From the NCBI GenBank assembly GCA_050084515.1, contig CM114271.1, positions 41,726,001 to 41,790,000 of the forward strand: a stretch of DNA of 64,000 nucleotides. Direction: 5' to 3'. Below are positions 1 to 13,979 of the stretch, piece after piece. How positions within the stretch are numbered: the first letter of the stretch is position 1; every line of letters starts with the position of its first letter. Source of the DNA: Blasia pusilla. Its lineage: Eukaryota. The position numbers were made by a program, and so were the translations under genes. The notes beneath the pieces were generated by a model. It had not been told where the DNA came from, searched no databases, and saw only the letters and a list, made by a program, of their open reading frames with translations.

Positions 1-1700
1 TAGCCCTCACCTTCAACTACAAAAATATATAATACATAAAACATAGCAAATATTTTTTACAATGCTTCAAAACAAACTTGAAAAGAGTTTAAAAAGTCAA
101 AATTTGAATGAGATATACTTAGATGAGTTAGATATAAGCGACCAATAGGATTATCACAATTGTGTCTTTTATGAATTCCAAAAATCCATTTTTTTATTGC
201 TCCAACGATAATAGGAAGAAAAATCTATATATAGGTATTTTCAAGTTGATGAGTCCAAACAATAAGTTGCAAAGCATTGTATAAGAGTTGTCTCTTTTTT
301 GTAGAATCTCTATCACATTGTCATGATCATTGAAGAAACTTTTTTATAACTTTGGTAGATGAGCTCCCTATCTTATAATGTTTGAATGTTTTTCATGTAA
401 GTTGAACTTGAAAAGTCTCCAACATACCTCAAAAGAAGAGATATATCTATACTTGATACAATTTAAAATAATGAGGAGAAAGATAAACTATTATAGAATC
501 AAATAGTTTAGAAGTTTAATTTATTGTTGATATGACCAAAAAGAATATAAACAAAGAATTCTTATATTGCATGAAGATAATATGAGGTTTAATTAATAAT
601 ATCTATTGATGTGGACGTAGTTGCATCATTTGAAAACTTATATGATATGGCATCTAATCCCTTACACATATATTCATATAAGTATTTCACAGCCAAAATT
701 ATGCTTACGATCTCCAAATTAACGTGACAATCAAAGAGAGTACATAGTAAAGGATTATAAGGAACAACCCAAGGATTATCCAAAGTTTGATCGCACTTCG
801 TTATCTTCACTTTATTATCCAATTTTTCATATAGGGAAGAGGCATGCGACACTAAAATATTTCATGAAAAAAACATCGAATCATGGTGAGGTAAACAAAT
901 ATTATATTTAGGCATAGATTGCATGCCTTCAATAATGGGATAATCGTCCTGGTTCTCTATATTTATGGCTGCAAATAGCTTGTAATAGGCTTTGGTACAC
1001 TTTTTGTTTTCCATATCCATGCATGGAACATTTGGATTGAGTTTTCCTATGGATCTTGAACCACGCAATTACTTATAGTAGATTGAAGTCTTGGATGAGT
1101 GTTTATATTATGTATCTCAACTTATATTATATCATCATAATCAGATGTAGAATGTGGGTTATCCTCATTTGAATGATCAAAATGTGTACATGTCAAATGG
1201 GGTTTTGGAATCCAACCATATGGATGCATCCTACAATCCTACCCAAGTTATTCTTCTCAAGAATAAGCCTTAATTACGCTCTTTTCTTTTTCTCAACAAC
1301 TCTTACAACCAAATTTGATCTATTAGTAGGATGTTGACCTGGTAATAGTGTTGATATGATCTCCTTCCATTTTGGATTGCACATCATCATAAGAAAATAA
1401 TCAAGTGTCGTACAACGGTTATTGCATCTTGATATATTTTTTTCCATATGGTGTAGATCTCTAGTAAAAGAAGAAGCTAATACAATGCGTCTCCCAATTT
1501 TTGCACCATTCCCGTGATTTTGATCTATAGCATCTTTTACACATGGATATAATTCAGCACGCACCTCTTTTTGATTTGAGCAAACCTAGGATATTCATTG
1601 CATCTCTATTCTAGCATAAATATCAATCATAAACTCTTGAGTACGAAGAACACATCAAATCAATAAATTATCATCTCTAGCACTAACATGTATTTTGAAC
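1..1700 (-). mobile_element. Degenerate Helitron Rep (replication initiator) region, running off the window start
   Basis: Collinear minus-strand fragments match Helitron Rep motifs: RAELY..KDA..GRRIVLASSF..YFLMMMCNPKWKEI..LLPGQ (1274-1564), LNPNVPCM..KKCTK (862-1068), DNPWVVPYNPLL..FDCHVNLEIV..AVKYLYEYMCKG (589-852). Many stops and frameshifts; boundary approximate. Confidence 0.85.
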
Positions 1701-2889
1701 TGGAAATGAGGCAGACTTTTAAGGCAATAACTATCTTCTTACTTCCTTAAAGTTGAGCAGAAAATTTTTCCCGTCCCTGCTGAGATTCACATCACCTCTA
1801 ATGAAAGCTTTGGGTGCATGGTCTCACGCAATCAAACTATGCTCACATTTGGATACCATAAATATTGGGTGTTAATAATGACCATTAAAGTGTTCAACAT
1901 CGTTTGGAAGTTTGTGAAAGTTGATGATGGAAGAGCAAAAAGGAAGATTATGGAAGAAAACTTACAAGGAGGGATGGGGGAAGGGATCTAAAGGTTGAAT
2001 GAACAAAGATGAAGATCTAAGTTTTTCCAAGTAGTCAACTATTCATCTACTTCTAACTTTGTTTAGAAGCTATCAAATTTGGAAGAGACAGACACTTTTT
2101 GTAGATTTCGCAAACTTCCAATTTTTTGAACAAGAGGACATTTTTTTGGAACACTTATTTGGAAAAAAGGGATCTTAATTTGGCTAATTGGGTTGCTTAC
2201 AAGTTTTCGATAAAGGGTTGTGGCTTATTTTATGGTGTATAGGTATTTTGTCTATTGTTCTACCTTTCTACCTTGTTACTTTCACCTTTCATTGGGTTGT
2301 TGCATTTGTTCAATTTAGGCACATTTACAATGGAAGTTGTTTGGCTTGCCCTTTTTTCTTGTGGGAAATATTCTCCAACATTTTTTAGGTCAATTTCACA
2401 AATCGATATTTGATTGCAGTGGAGGAGAAGTTTTTGATCAAGTTAAGTGGTTGGATCCACATGTGCGGCAAAGGATTACTGCTGAAATTTTCCAAGAAGG
2501 ATTTTCCATGATTTTTCGGATTTTCTATTAGAACCTTATGACCTCTTAGTCAACAAAGTAAGGAATTTGGGAGAAACCTACTATGGTAAGAAGTACTACT
2601 TTCTAAGTAAAGACTTGAAAAGTCTCAATTTAGTTAAATTTGTGTTTGATTGTATTTTTATATGCTTTGCCAAAGAAATCTAGCTAAACACTATATGAAT
2701 GAAAGAAAAGAAAAAAACACACCCGTCCAATTTCCAATATGTCTTCTTAAGCTTTTTACTGTTGTGAGCCATTTCATCTTGCAAAATATAATTCTCCTCC
2801 CACGAGGTATCATCCTAAAGTTAATGTTGAAACATTCACCCTCTATGAGATCTTAGCAACATAAGCTTCAACTTGTGATTTTCATGAAT

Positions 2890-4100
2890 CTAAGTGCAAT
2901 GGATGCAAATGCAACATATGGAATCCATGATATGTAAACAAAGTTAGCTAATTTTTTTTTATCAAATCCACTCCCACTCATCAAACCCATACATGACTAT
3001 CTTGTCTCAAAATCACCTTACAATTTTCATAATGTGAAAGTCATATGTAGTACTTAACCTAGAAGTGGCATACTCACACTCCAATAGGATAGGTTGCCTA
3101 AGCATGACATGTGGTGCATGCCAAAATAGGCATGAAAATTTTCACCCTAACACATCATGTTCTCTCGTACCATCCTTTCCATATTTGTAATGATGCACAA
3201 CACGTCTATATCATCCCATAGTTTTGTTCCCAAGTACATCCACATTTTAGGCCCTTGCAAAAGATACTTTGCAATGTTAGGGTTTATTGTGGTCTACAAT
3301 GGTGCGTCATATAATTTCCTGATGAATAAAACTTGAAGCATAAATATTTGGCTATCGAAAGAGTCGGTCAAACAATTTGCATCAATGGGTCCGATGTCCA
3401 ATCACAAAGGTTGACATGAACATAGATTTGGGTGGTGTGATGTACTTATGTGATGAAGGGATTTCCTTCCCTACAATCTAAAATCTTGTATAGTCCCTAT
3501 CTTATATGAATTTTTAGCTTTATAATTTTCACAAGCTTAAGATTGCAATTTTGACCTTGCAAATCACGTGGATGCCTCTTATAGATTCATGCGTAAGTGG
3601 ATTGGAAATGAACGACACTTTTTGACGTACTTCGTGAACTATTGCCATCCCAAGATTGTTACTTGGGAAAAGGAATATCGTAAGCATGGTCGATCCGATC
3701 AAGATACTAATGCTACCGGAGAAAGGTGGCATGACACTTTGAAGATGCATCTTACATCCATGATGCCCAAAAAGCTAACGAGGAAGCTTATATGGCTTGT
3801 GCAAATGCTTACTAGAAAACTTTAAGATTTCTTATAGTACCTAGGTTTTTTTGAAACGAGATGGCATGGTGAGGAATAAGGCTATACAGAAATCCATGCT
3901 CATGGCTATCACGAGGCCCGGAAAATGATATACCTAAGAGTCATATCACATTCGACTTGTTGAACGGAAAGAAATGTGCTCATGTTAAGAGTACCTCCAA
4001 GCTAGATATATGACATGATGTGGTGGACTACAATACAAAAGACCCAACATGCAAATGTCTACGTGCCAATGCAGGGTTCATTTGCAAACATCAATCACGT
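2890..4100 (+). mobile_element. Decayed Mutator-like (MULE) transposase remnant with SWIM zinc finger
   Basis: ORF 3568-3825 has FLTYF..W..R..DTNATGERWHDTLK (MULE TNN.xE.xH..LK motif). 4050-4091 encodes CKC-x8-CKH (SWIM). A weak (N)ATYG near 2908-2922 resembles the first catalytic-D motif. Termini not found. Confidence 0.6.
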
Positions 4101-7100
4101 TTATACATCTTTATAAATCACTCCGATTAATTGTGTTACTAGTCATTAGATTTCCTAAAAAAAGGTTATCACTACCAAGGGGCAGCCAATTGAGACCCTC
4201 AACCTTGACATGTTAAATGCCTTCTGCTATGTGGGAATATTGAAGTGGACTTGTCCTTCCTTGGTACACACTTTGGAAGCAAAGCTGGAGGATTAGAAAA
4301 CATGGTCTAAAAGCATGTTGATGATTGAATACCTACCAATAAAAATGATATAGATATACTAGAAGACATGGGAACTCAAGCGGATGCTCAATGTGAAACA
4401 CAAGCTGGTTCAGTAAACCATAGAGGATGACCACCAAATACATTCAAGATATGATGAAGAAGAGCAGACATATTGCCCTTGATGTTCCCTTCTCCGATGT
4501 GCTCATTTTGCATTTTTTTTCAACTCTTGAATAAGGATTTAGGGTCAATTTTGAACTTTTAGGCTAGGATTGAGAAAAACACTCAAAATGATGGTAGTCT
4601 CAATAACATTGTCATCCACTTCCCTAAGCCATTTGTGGGAATGCTAGAACCATTTGTGGGAATGCTAGAAAGGATCATCGTCTTCATCAGCGAATGGGTT
4701 GGTATGAGCATATGCATGAAAGGTAGAGAACAGAAATAGAGTTAGGATTCAACCTTCCATCGAACAACATCAAGTGGTGCTTCCATAGAGTGAAAAACCA
4801 AAAGTTTCTAAACATGGAGGAAAAAATTGAAGCAAAGGTTTGTGGTAATGTGGACTTGAATGCTCTACTTAGCTAACTTGAGAACAGCGGAACCCAACTA
4901 AGCCAAGCTGATTTGCAATGGCCTTTGGTAAATTCCACACCTCATCAACATTACAAAACAGAGAGAGCTACAAAGAGGACCAAAGGCAATGCCTTGCTTG
5001 ATAAACTTGTTGAGAATTCTGGAAAAATCTCCAAGATCAAGAATGAGGTTTTGTGGATTTTGACAAAAATCCAATCCTTGAAAGTTGATCATTACACACA
5101 ACACAACATGTGAAAAATTTCACACTTAAATGTGACATAGTGGTAGACTCTCAAGAGTTTTCTGAGATATTTTGAATCCTTGCAACATTGATTTAAACTA
5201 AAAGATGGGCTTGTTGATCACATACCACAACATTATTATCATATAGCATTGACATGGTTACCAATTCTTCATGGTTTGTTCTATACATGGTTATGAGGTT
5301 TACAATAGCCACACACACCCGTTGCAAATACATAGATGAAAATAAAATTGCAACGAGGATACATAGGCTTATTTATGTGGTTGTACTCATTTCTATGGTT
5401 TGCGGTTGATGTTGTAAGATAAAAAGTGTATTTGACAGGAGCAGAACCTACATTTTTAGTTCTGACTATGCGATTAGTTAAAACTAAAAAATAATGAGTT
5501 GGATGCCATCTCTACACTACCCAAGAGGCCCTTCTCTCTTCATTGACTTATAGCGGCACCTTTGTCTTTCTCTCTAACCTTGATTTTGACTAAATCTTGT
5601 AACCTTGGCTAAATTTTTCAAGAAGCACGCATGGAACTTGAGTTAGAAATGATGATAGGTTTTTTTAAACTACAAACCCAAAATGGTTGGAGTCCTCTAC
5701 CAAGTTACTAACTAGAGCAAACATCAAAGTTCGGTTGTTCAAGCCGACGTGGGCCAATACGAATATTTAGGTGTTCATGTCATATTCGGATGTAATACTA
5801 GATGGTTATGCTTCGTGTATTTGTGGGACGATCTTAATGGCCATGTATATTTTGGATAGACCTTGTAAGGGAAATATCAATAAGCTTGATCATCAATACC
5901 CATTTCACATGTGAGTGTGTGAAGAATACATAGATCAATTAAAACATTCATAGGACTTAAAAAATGGAGATCCAGGTGATTGAATTATTTTTATTTAATC
6001 ACCAAGGACTTGTCCATGGGAGGCTTGTCCATGTTGTAGACTCTTCATGGCTTACATAGTCATTGAAGTACCTCGTATTAGACAAGCTATAAATCATAGT
6101 GTCCAACATAAAAATGCATTGTATTTGTGTTGAATTACAAATTAAATAGACACAAATTTAGTTCACTTTAGTAACACTGAACTAAAGTATAGTTGTGTCT
6201 GGTTCCATGTTGGACAGAATAGGACTTCCATAAAATCATTTGAAAATATAAGTAACTCAAAAATTCCTCGTAGTACTGTAGGTTTACTCTTCTCTTTCCA
6301 AATTTTGTAATTATATTTAAACCTCCTAAGGTACTACTCCTCACTATTGTATAAGGCATGTCAATGGGACCAACACTTGGAATCCAAGACCATAATGGCT
6401 TACTCAACCTGTTGATGTCTACTCTCCAATCCGTCATCCCAATGATATGGTTTTGCCTATCTATCACCCACACTACATATAAGTCATGGAATGCGGCGAG
6501 GCATCTCCAATATGTGGCATGAAGAGCTCTTTCAACGAGGATGGATGAAGGAAGAAGCTTATGACCACACTAAATCCATCCCCTCATTGTATTAGTATGG
6601 CGCAAAAGAGCGCCCTCAAGTTCTTCTCTCGCCTTGCCAAATTCATTGAATTTGGCTAATTTAAGCATGCCCAAGATGTTTTCTGGGCTTCTAATGTCCT
6701 ATAGGCCCCAAATGCAATGAGAAGATCATTCATTGTAGGCATGAACTGTAGGGATAGAAGGGTATGTGGCCCTTTTGCATGATCTTTGGCTTTGTTCAAC
6801 AAAGCTACCTTCCTTTGCCTCTTTTGGTTGGCCCACCATTGCAAGATTGTGCCCTTGAGTATGATATTGGCAGAAAATGATACGATATATGTGCTTGCAT
6901 GGAATGCACAATGTCATCAAGGTGAGAAAAATGAAACGCAAAGCACGAAGTTCATTCACAAAATGAATGAAGAAGAATTGACTATGGAAATGCAGCACGA
7001 ACTACCCTCATCTTCATCTTTGTCTTTATCATGTTGAGTGTCCACTTCCACCTTCTTCCAGGTGTGCTGAGATGTTCCAAGAAATGGGCCGCAACCAATG

Positions 7101-7238
7101 GCTAGCAATGTGCGAATTGAACGTCTTTGGCAATCATAAATATTCATGCACTTTGAGCACAACCAAACAAAAATGGTTTTGCTCTGAGCAATAGCAATAA
7201 TGCACCCAATCCACGGAATCCCATCAAAGGGAGGTTTT

Positions 7239-7261
7239 TATATATATATATATATATATAT
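7239..7261. repeat. (TA)n microsatellite
   Basis: About 11 consecutive TA units. Confidence 0.95.
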
Positions 7262-8189
7262 GAATTAAAACCTAGACCTACATCCACAAGAGCCATGTAA
7301 AACCTTATTTGGCCTTGGATAAATCCACGAATCCCAAAAATTTTGGCTACAGTTTCTAATAGTCTAAGTAGATAGGTCTGGGTGGCCAAGACATAAAAGA
7401 GCTTGCACTACTTACACATAAGAGCCAACACTTGTGAGTGAAAGTAGGATTGGAAAACCATGTCTCAATCAACCCTTGGTTTCCCCAAAAAAAGTTTTTG
7501 CCTTTTCTAACTTCTTTACATTAATCTTTAGTAAGAGGCTGAGAGCAACCCACTAGCATCTAGGAACTTTGGTTGGATAGACATACTGATCGGGGAAGTA
7601 AGGAAAATCTTTGATCAACAACCTAGGAGCATGCGTGAGAGAGCAAGAGGTAACGCCGTCCGCTCATTCAAACCCTAAACCACCCCTCCCCCAAAAGTTC
7701 CGCTCGAATCCACCACTCTTCTCAATATCTGCCTTCCTTAACCAAGGATCCTAGTGCTAGCGGTTACCCAAAGCGTACCTTCCTTGCGTGATTGTGGCCA
7801 AGTATGCCCTTAGAACAAAGAATACTGTACATTTAGTGACAACTTGGTTAGGGTAAAGGTACATGATTGTAATCCCATACCAAAAAAATTAAACGAGTGA
7901 GTGGCCCTTTTAGAGGGATGGGGAGAAAGTAACTATCAAACAGGTGTGTAGGATGCATGAATAGGATAGATGGCCAAGGAAAAAAATAGGGAGAACTTGT
8001 AAGGGTCGTGATAATAAAAAATCGCGGATGGGATGATGTGGAGGAAACATAATTTCGAAGGAAAAAAAATCTTTAACCTTGTGATCATATTATTGTTTAT
8101 ATTTTTTTTTTAAATATTGTGTTCCTTTTTCACTTGTTTCGATTTTAAATGTTAATGTTCCCGTAGAGAGAAAAGAGAACGACATACAA

Positions 8190-8560
8190 GAGGCTGAGGT
8201 GGTGGTGGCAGACGTTGTAGTGACGGATCCTATGCGGGAGGCTATGCGAGCCCAAGTGGTGGCACAAGGGAGATTGCCACAAGTAGCAACAACATCGGTG
8301 AAGAAGACCCATCTCTATAGTCGACTTCATGACGGACATCGATTTGTCCCCCTAGCCATACAGATGTATGGGGCTATGAAGGAGAGGTTTGACTCATCCT
8401 TACGGATTGCATCCATCATCTCTAGTCGAAAAATGGATCATCATTAGCTAGTGCCATTCTTTATTATAGGCAACGGATCTCCATAGCCTTGTAGCGTGCC
8501 TAAGCCAATGGGCTTTTGCGGCACGCTCAGACTATGGGAGAAGCCCGCACTCGAGGCCCA
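8190..8560 (+). mobile_element. 5'-truncated non-LTR retrotransposon remnant: restriction-like endonuclease C-terminus (CRE-like)
   Basis: ADVVVTDP..KKTHLY..RFVPLAIQMYG followed by YRQRISIAL*RA*A (~8465-8506). This resembles the RLE tail (D.xV..P / K..KY / F.P.A.E..G / Q..S.ALQR..A) of CRE-clade elements. Confidence 0.6.
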
Positions 8561-9012
8561 CTTAGTGGTAATCACGTCTATCTAAGTGTTGCTGATATCT
8601 ATATCACTATGCTTGACTCGTGTCTTTTTTGTGGCCTCCACTTAGAACATATGTCGTCTCTAAAAGCTTAGCCCCATCCAACCAAGATCTCAAGAGGGCT
8701 CTTCTTTCACTAGTGCTGAGCGGGAGCACTAGCTAGTTGTTTGTGCTCTTGGGTGAGTTTAGCCTATAAGAGGGTGCCTTCACATGCTGGACTCTTTCAG
8801 TCCCCTTTTTTAATTATTTCCTTTTTACTGTCCCATTTTCTCAATTAAGAAACAATGACTCTCCGACGCAGCCGCCTCCCAGAACCAATAAAACCGACGG
8901 CAAACTAAGTCGGTCCATGAAACTATCTCGAGCACCCTCGAAAGAACGAGTAAACGAAGTGGACTGACTAGAAGACCAGGGCTACCCAATGGCTCGATAC
9001 ATCGATAGGCTT

Positions 9013-9053
9013 CAACCTACGGACCCAGAACCCGAAGTCGCTCGCCCATAAAG
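9013..9053 (+). promoter_or_regulatory. Putative PAL proximal promoter (AC-type element CAACCTAC and TATA-like CATAAA)
   Basis: CAACCTAC at 9013-9020 resembles the MYB-bound AC elements of phenylpropanoid promoters. CCATAAA at ~9046-9052 precedes a CT-rich leader. Motif match only. Confidence 0.3.
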
Positions 9054-9176
9054 ATGAGAGCAGTCTCTGCGGCATTTCAAACAGCTGAGCTGAGCGCAGA
9101 TTCTCTCTTGTCCTCTGCTTGTCTCGTCGGTCTCGCGTGTGGGAGTCTGCGGAGGGAGAGAGAGACTGCCCGGGCC

Positions 9177-9206
9177 CGGCTCGGCTCGGCTCGGCTCGGC
9201 TCGGCT
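9177..9206 (+). repeat. (CGGCT)6 pentanucleotide repeat in the PAL leader
   Basis: Six perfect CGGCT units read directly. Confidence 0.95.
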
Positions 9207-9452
9207 GTGGATACTTCCGATCGAAACTGATTGCTGCAGCAGTGCGGAAAGTGGAGTTCTACTTCGCATTGAGTTGGGGAGGTTGGATTGCCTAGTTTTC
9301 AACCGGCGGGAGCGAGACATTGCCACTGTAATTGGAAAATAAAGGTCAGGAGACGGCACTTCGGAGGTGTTAGGAGACCCGCAATTCTATCGGGAAGTGT
9401 TCCCATCGTCTGGCGGAAGCAATATTGAGGTATATTATTATCCGGTGCAGCT

Positions 9453-11678
9453 ATGTTGGGGGGGCTCGCATCACCTTTGCTCGACGTGGACCAGATTCCA
9501 GGACCCGCTCCGGAACTGGCAGCAGCCACTAACGGTTGGACTGTGCAATTGTGTGTGACTCCCATGGAGAAGACGGATGCTAATGTGAACGTCCAGGACC
9601 CGCTGTTCTGGGCGAGAGCTGCCAGGCTTATGGAGAATAGTCACTTGGACGAAGTGAAGAACATGGTGCGCGAATTCCTGCAGTCGAAGGAGGTGGCGAT
9701 TCAGGGTGTATCCCTATCCGTCGCCCAGGTTGCAGCTGTGGCTCGCAACCCGGACGTGATCGTGGTGCTGGATGCCGCTACCGCGAAGGGTAGAGTGGAC
9801 GAGAGCAGCAATTGGGTGCAGGTGAACGTGATGAAGGGGACTGATACGTACGGAGTCACGACGGGATTCGGGGCTACTTCTCACCGCCGCACAACTCAGG
9901 GAGCTGACCTGCAGCGCGAGCTCATCCGCTTCCTGAATGCTGGAGTCCTGGGCAAGGATGTGCCAATCTTGCCTGTCGACACCACCCGAGCTGCGATGTT
10001 GATTAGGACCAACACATTGATGCAGGGCTATTCTGGCATTCGATGGGAGATACTTCAGACCATGCAGAGGCTTCTCAACAAGCACATCACTCCGCAGCTT
10101 CCGCTGAGGGGGACTGTCACCGCTTCGGGAGATCTCGTTCCACTTTCTTACATCGCAGGTTTGATCACCGGGAGACCGAACTCCAGAGCAGTGGATGCGT
10201 GCGGCAAGGTGCTGACTTCGCAAGAAGCTCTGAATCACGTGGGTCTTGTGAAGCCTTTCGAATTGCAGCCCAAGGAAGGGATCGCTATGGTCAATGGAAC
10301 GTCTGTTGGCGCTGCACAGGCTTCAATGGCATGCTATGACGCCAACATTCTTGCGCTATTCGCCGAAATCTCGTCCGCATTGTTCTGCGAGACGATGCAG
10401 GGCAAGCCTGAGTTCACCGATCACCTCACTCACAAGCTTAAGCATCACCCGGGGCAGATTGAGGCCGCCGCTATCATGGAATATGTGCTAGAAGGGAGCG
10501 CATACATGAAAGCCGCAGCTAAGCTGCACGAGACCGATCCTCTGAAGAAACCCAAGCAGGACAGGTACGCTCTTCGCACTTCCCCACAATGGCTGGGGCC
10601 ACAAATTGAAGTCATCCGCGCGGCCACCCACTCTATCGAGAGGGAGATCAACTCCGTGAACGACAATCCGCTCATCGATGTGTCCAGGGACAAGGCTCTG
10701 CACGGAGGCAACTTCCAGGGGACACCTATCGGAGTGTCGATGGACAACATGCGCCTCGCTCTCGCTGCCATTGGCAAGCTCATGTTTGCCCAGCTCTCCG
10801 AGCTCGTCAACGATTACTACAACGGAGGGCTACCTTCGAACCTGACTGGAGGACCCAATCCTAGTCTGGACTACGGGTTCAAGGGAGCGGAGATCGCCAT
10901 GGCTTCTTACTGTTCCGAAATGCAGTACCTTGCAAACCCAGTGACGTCTCATGTGCAGAGCGCAGAGCAGCACAACCAGGACGTGAACTCTCTGGGGCTG
11001 ATTTCAGCCCGCATGACTGCCGAAGCCATAGAGATTTTGAAGCTCATGTCATCGACATTCATGGTGGCTCTCTGCCAGGCAGTGGATCTCCGGCATTTGG
11101 AAGAGAACATGCTGACGAGTGTGAAGCACGTGGTTTCCACGGCTGCAAAGAAGACGCTCTTCATGGGGCCAGACGGAGTGCTCTTGCCGTCTCGATTTTG
11201 CGAGAAAGACCTTCTCAAGGTGGTCGATGATACACCTCCGTTCACATACGTCGATGATGCCACCAGTGCAACGTATCCTTTGATGGAGAAGCTGAGGCAA
11301 GTGCTGGTGGATCATGCCCTCGGGAACACCAAGGGCGACGAGGGTTGCTCTATTTTCTACCAGATCTCCGCCTTCGAGGAGGAGGTGAAAGCTCAGCTAG
11401 AAGCCACCGTGCCTCTTGTGAGAGAACAGTTCGACAAGGGTGTCACCGCAGTGCCTAACAAGATCACCGACTGCCGCACTTTCCACGTCTACAATTTCGT
11501 GCGATCTCTGGGCACGAAGCTCCTCGTCGGCACCGGGACGAGGTCGCCCGGGGAAGACATTCAGCTGGTTTACGAGGCCATCACCGCGGGCAATTTGGCC
11601 GATCCACTTTTGAAATGCTTGGATGGTTGGACAGGAACTCCGAGTCCTATCACTTCCTGCATCGATATTGTAGTTTGA
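9453..11678 (+). CDS. PAL: Phenylalanine ammonia-lyase, intronless, 741 aa
   Basis: Uninterrupted ORF with [20 protein letters not shown]-forming [45 protein letters not shown] and [21 protein letters not shown] has Phe at the Phe/His switch, so PAL rather than bifunctional PTAL. Confidence 0.98.
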   Translation: MLGGLASPLLDVDQIPGPAPELAAATNGWTVQLCVTPMEKTDANVNVQDPLFWARAARLMENSHLDEVKNMVREFLQSKEVAIQGVSLSVAQVAAVARNPDVIVVLDAATAKGRVDESSNWVQVNVMKGTDTYGVTTGFGATSHRRTTQGADLQRELIRFLNAGVLGKDVPILPVDTTRAAMLIRTNTLMQGYSGIRWEILQTMQRLLNKHITPQLPLRGTVTASGDLVPLSYIAGLITGRPNSRAVDACGKVLTSQEALNHVGLVKPFELQPKEGIAMVNGTSVGAAQASMACYDANILALFAEISSALFCETMQGKPEFTDHLTHKLKHHPGQIEAAAIMEYVLEGSAYMKAAAKLHETDPLKKPKQDRYALRTSPQWLGPQIEVIRAATHSIEREINSVNDNPLIDVSRDKALHGGNFQGTPIGVSMDNMRLALAAIGKLMFAQLSELVNDYYNGGLPSNLTGGPNPSLDYGFKGAEIAMASYCSEMQYLANPVTSHVQSAEQHNQDVNSLGLISARMTAEAIEILKLMSSTFMVALCQAVDLRHLEENMLTSVKHVVSTAAKKTLFMGPDGVLLPSRFCEKDLLKVVDDTPPFTYVDDATSATYPLMEKLRQVLVDHALGNTKGDEGCSIFYQISAFEEEVKAQLEATVPLVREQFDKGVTAVPNKITDCRTFHVYNFVRSLGTKLLVGTGTRSPGEDIQLVYEAITAGNLADPLLKCLDGWTGTPSPITSCIDIVV

Positions 11679-13979
11679 GTAGTTTAAGTAGGTGGAGTCT
11701 CGATCTCTCGCCTGTCTCCGCGCACTAGCAGATAGTTATGTATAGACGTCGTGTCAACATAAAGCATTATAAGCAGGAAATCTCGATTTTGTCGATGATT
11801 CCCACTGGCCGGATGCCGGAGTCGTAAAACTCCGAAATTGTCCATATGAGTCGACGAGGACGAATTTCCAACTGGACTCTAATAAAAAGTGCTGAATTCC
11901 CGCTCAACATTCCGAATTTCATCTAGTCTCGTGGTTGTAAAATCCTTCCATGTGTGCTCTGTCATTCATACTACCCACTGACCGACTGCATTCGAACTCC
12001 TACTAATTAAGGGCGTAAATTTTACACGCCGATATCGATAGTCTTCTTAGTTAGACTAGCTCATTGCATCTAATTTGATTAGCTCCTTCATGAACTTGAT
12101 ATTCTGTCAACGAGACTGGAACTACGTCGGAAAGAGAGAATCATAGAAACGAGTACGCTCTGAACGTTACAATTTACGTCCACGGAATTCTCAGGATCAT
12201 TCCGCTGTCCTTCTGTCGTGCGGAATCGGTTGGTGGAGCTTGGTGAACCCCCCAGCAACGAAGATGGACCATCAACAAATGTCCCGAAGGACTGGTGACT
12301 ACACTACATGTACTGGTCACTGCAGCGAAGATTTCATTCTTCTTATATGGCGTTTCCATGTGTCCTTTTCCTTCGGCAGCTGTTGACCCCACCGCTCCCC
12401 GCAACTCACCAAATTTTGATGCCAAACAAGTGTCGCGACAGCCCAATACACATTACGAAGGAAGTCCAGACATCTTCGACACATCAGGGGTCCATGACAG
12501 GTGTGTGGGGATTTCGGGCAAAGAAAGAAGAACGTGACTACGATTGCACATACGATGCTGTCAATAACGTCCGATCTGTACCAGTTCAGGCCTACTTTAT
12601 GTTGCTTTCAATGTCGCTTCTCTATGGTGGCAGAGAAAGCATGCAGTCGGGCCCTCCCATTTACGCCTGAATCATGATGGGTTTGCACAATTTGATTCTT
12701 GGCTCTCTTGAAGCCCTGGCAAAAACGAGCATTCTCATCCGTCGCCCAGGCTCGTCCTTCGTGCACGTAACGTGTAAGGGCTTTTCGGTTGCTGGACTTG
12801 ATCGTACGAGACATTGATGGTGTCGTTCTTTCCTCGTCCTCGGCGATTCTGTTGTGAACTTGTGACCTTGGAGGCTTGGAGCTTGACGACCTTTCTTCTG
12901 TGTCGGCTCGTGTCTTTAGTCAAAACAGTGTGACCGAAAGCTCTTCTAGTCTCACGCGAATTCAAGCCACTACGATGGAGGTCATGTCGAAAACGAATAC
13001 GAGTCCGGACAGCTTCACCTGTCTTGAACGCACAACTGTCCGTCAGCGGCGATGGTTTCTGCGTCGACGCACTTACCTGCGCGACATCTATATCTTCTTT
13101 GCGTTTTTGGGCTCGTCCGAATTTTATTTTTGGATATGGTGAACAGGTTTCGGTCTCATCTAATCGAACTAGTAGATGATTGACTAGAGGATGTTAAATG
13201 TGATGTGAGTGTGAATATTGAAAAAATAATAATCTAGATCTTTTTAATAATGGATTTAATTTTTCTTCTATGAATTGAAAAAAAAGTTATTTCTTTTCCC
13301 ACTCTCAGCTTTCAATTAATAAAATAAAATAAATAATTGGAATTCTTTTTTCGAGCGTACAGATTTTTTTTTTCTCCAATAAAGCTTGAAATTAAAAGTA
13401 GGATAGAAATAAAATTTATTTCATTATAATGAAGAATAATTTTTGCCCCGATATTTTGTATTATCCTTTTTTATTTGCTTTCCCAAAATATTAATTAATT
13501 TTCCCTCCAAAATAAACTTGAAATTTCATTTTTGAAAATTTAAATAAGAAATTTAAATTTTCAAAGGAGAAAAGATAATAAAGATGAGGGAGATTTTGGA
13601 AGATTTCCTAGTGAATAGAGTGTTAAATTGAATTTTTTTTAAATAAATAAATTAAACTAAATATTAAAACCTTCCCCTCGTTCTCCTTTTTTGCTTAGTT
13701 TAAGGTAAAATTTGGAAAAAAATTTCTTCACCAATTTGCTTCATGGATAAATTTCGTAGGTGTCACCGACTCATTGGTCTTCAAATGAACAAATGCCCTT
13801 GATAGAGTGATTAAAATCATATGTAAATGCATATATGTTTGGGAGCTCAAATTTGAACAATAATAAATGTTTATATCTCTATGAGTTGGGATCATTACTC
13901 TCTTAGGATCGGTATTAGATTTTGTAAGTTACCAAGTGGAGAATCCGGTCCTCTTTTGAGTATCCCCTTGCTAAACATA

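Noticed and set aside
4629-4670. 21-bp tandem duplication (similarly a 20-bp one at 17161-17200)
   Set aside because: Ordinary slippage duplications within decayed TE sequence.
6168-7162. Minus-strand fragments containing IPCKHIY (SWIM-like)
   Set aside because: Only a half motif amid stops. It may be another decayed transposase but cannot be supported.
9714-11315. Several antisense and alternate-frame ORFs overlapping PAL
   Set aside because: Shadow ORFs of a GC-rich coding sequence; no recognisable motifs.
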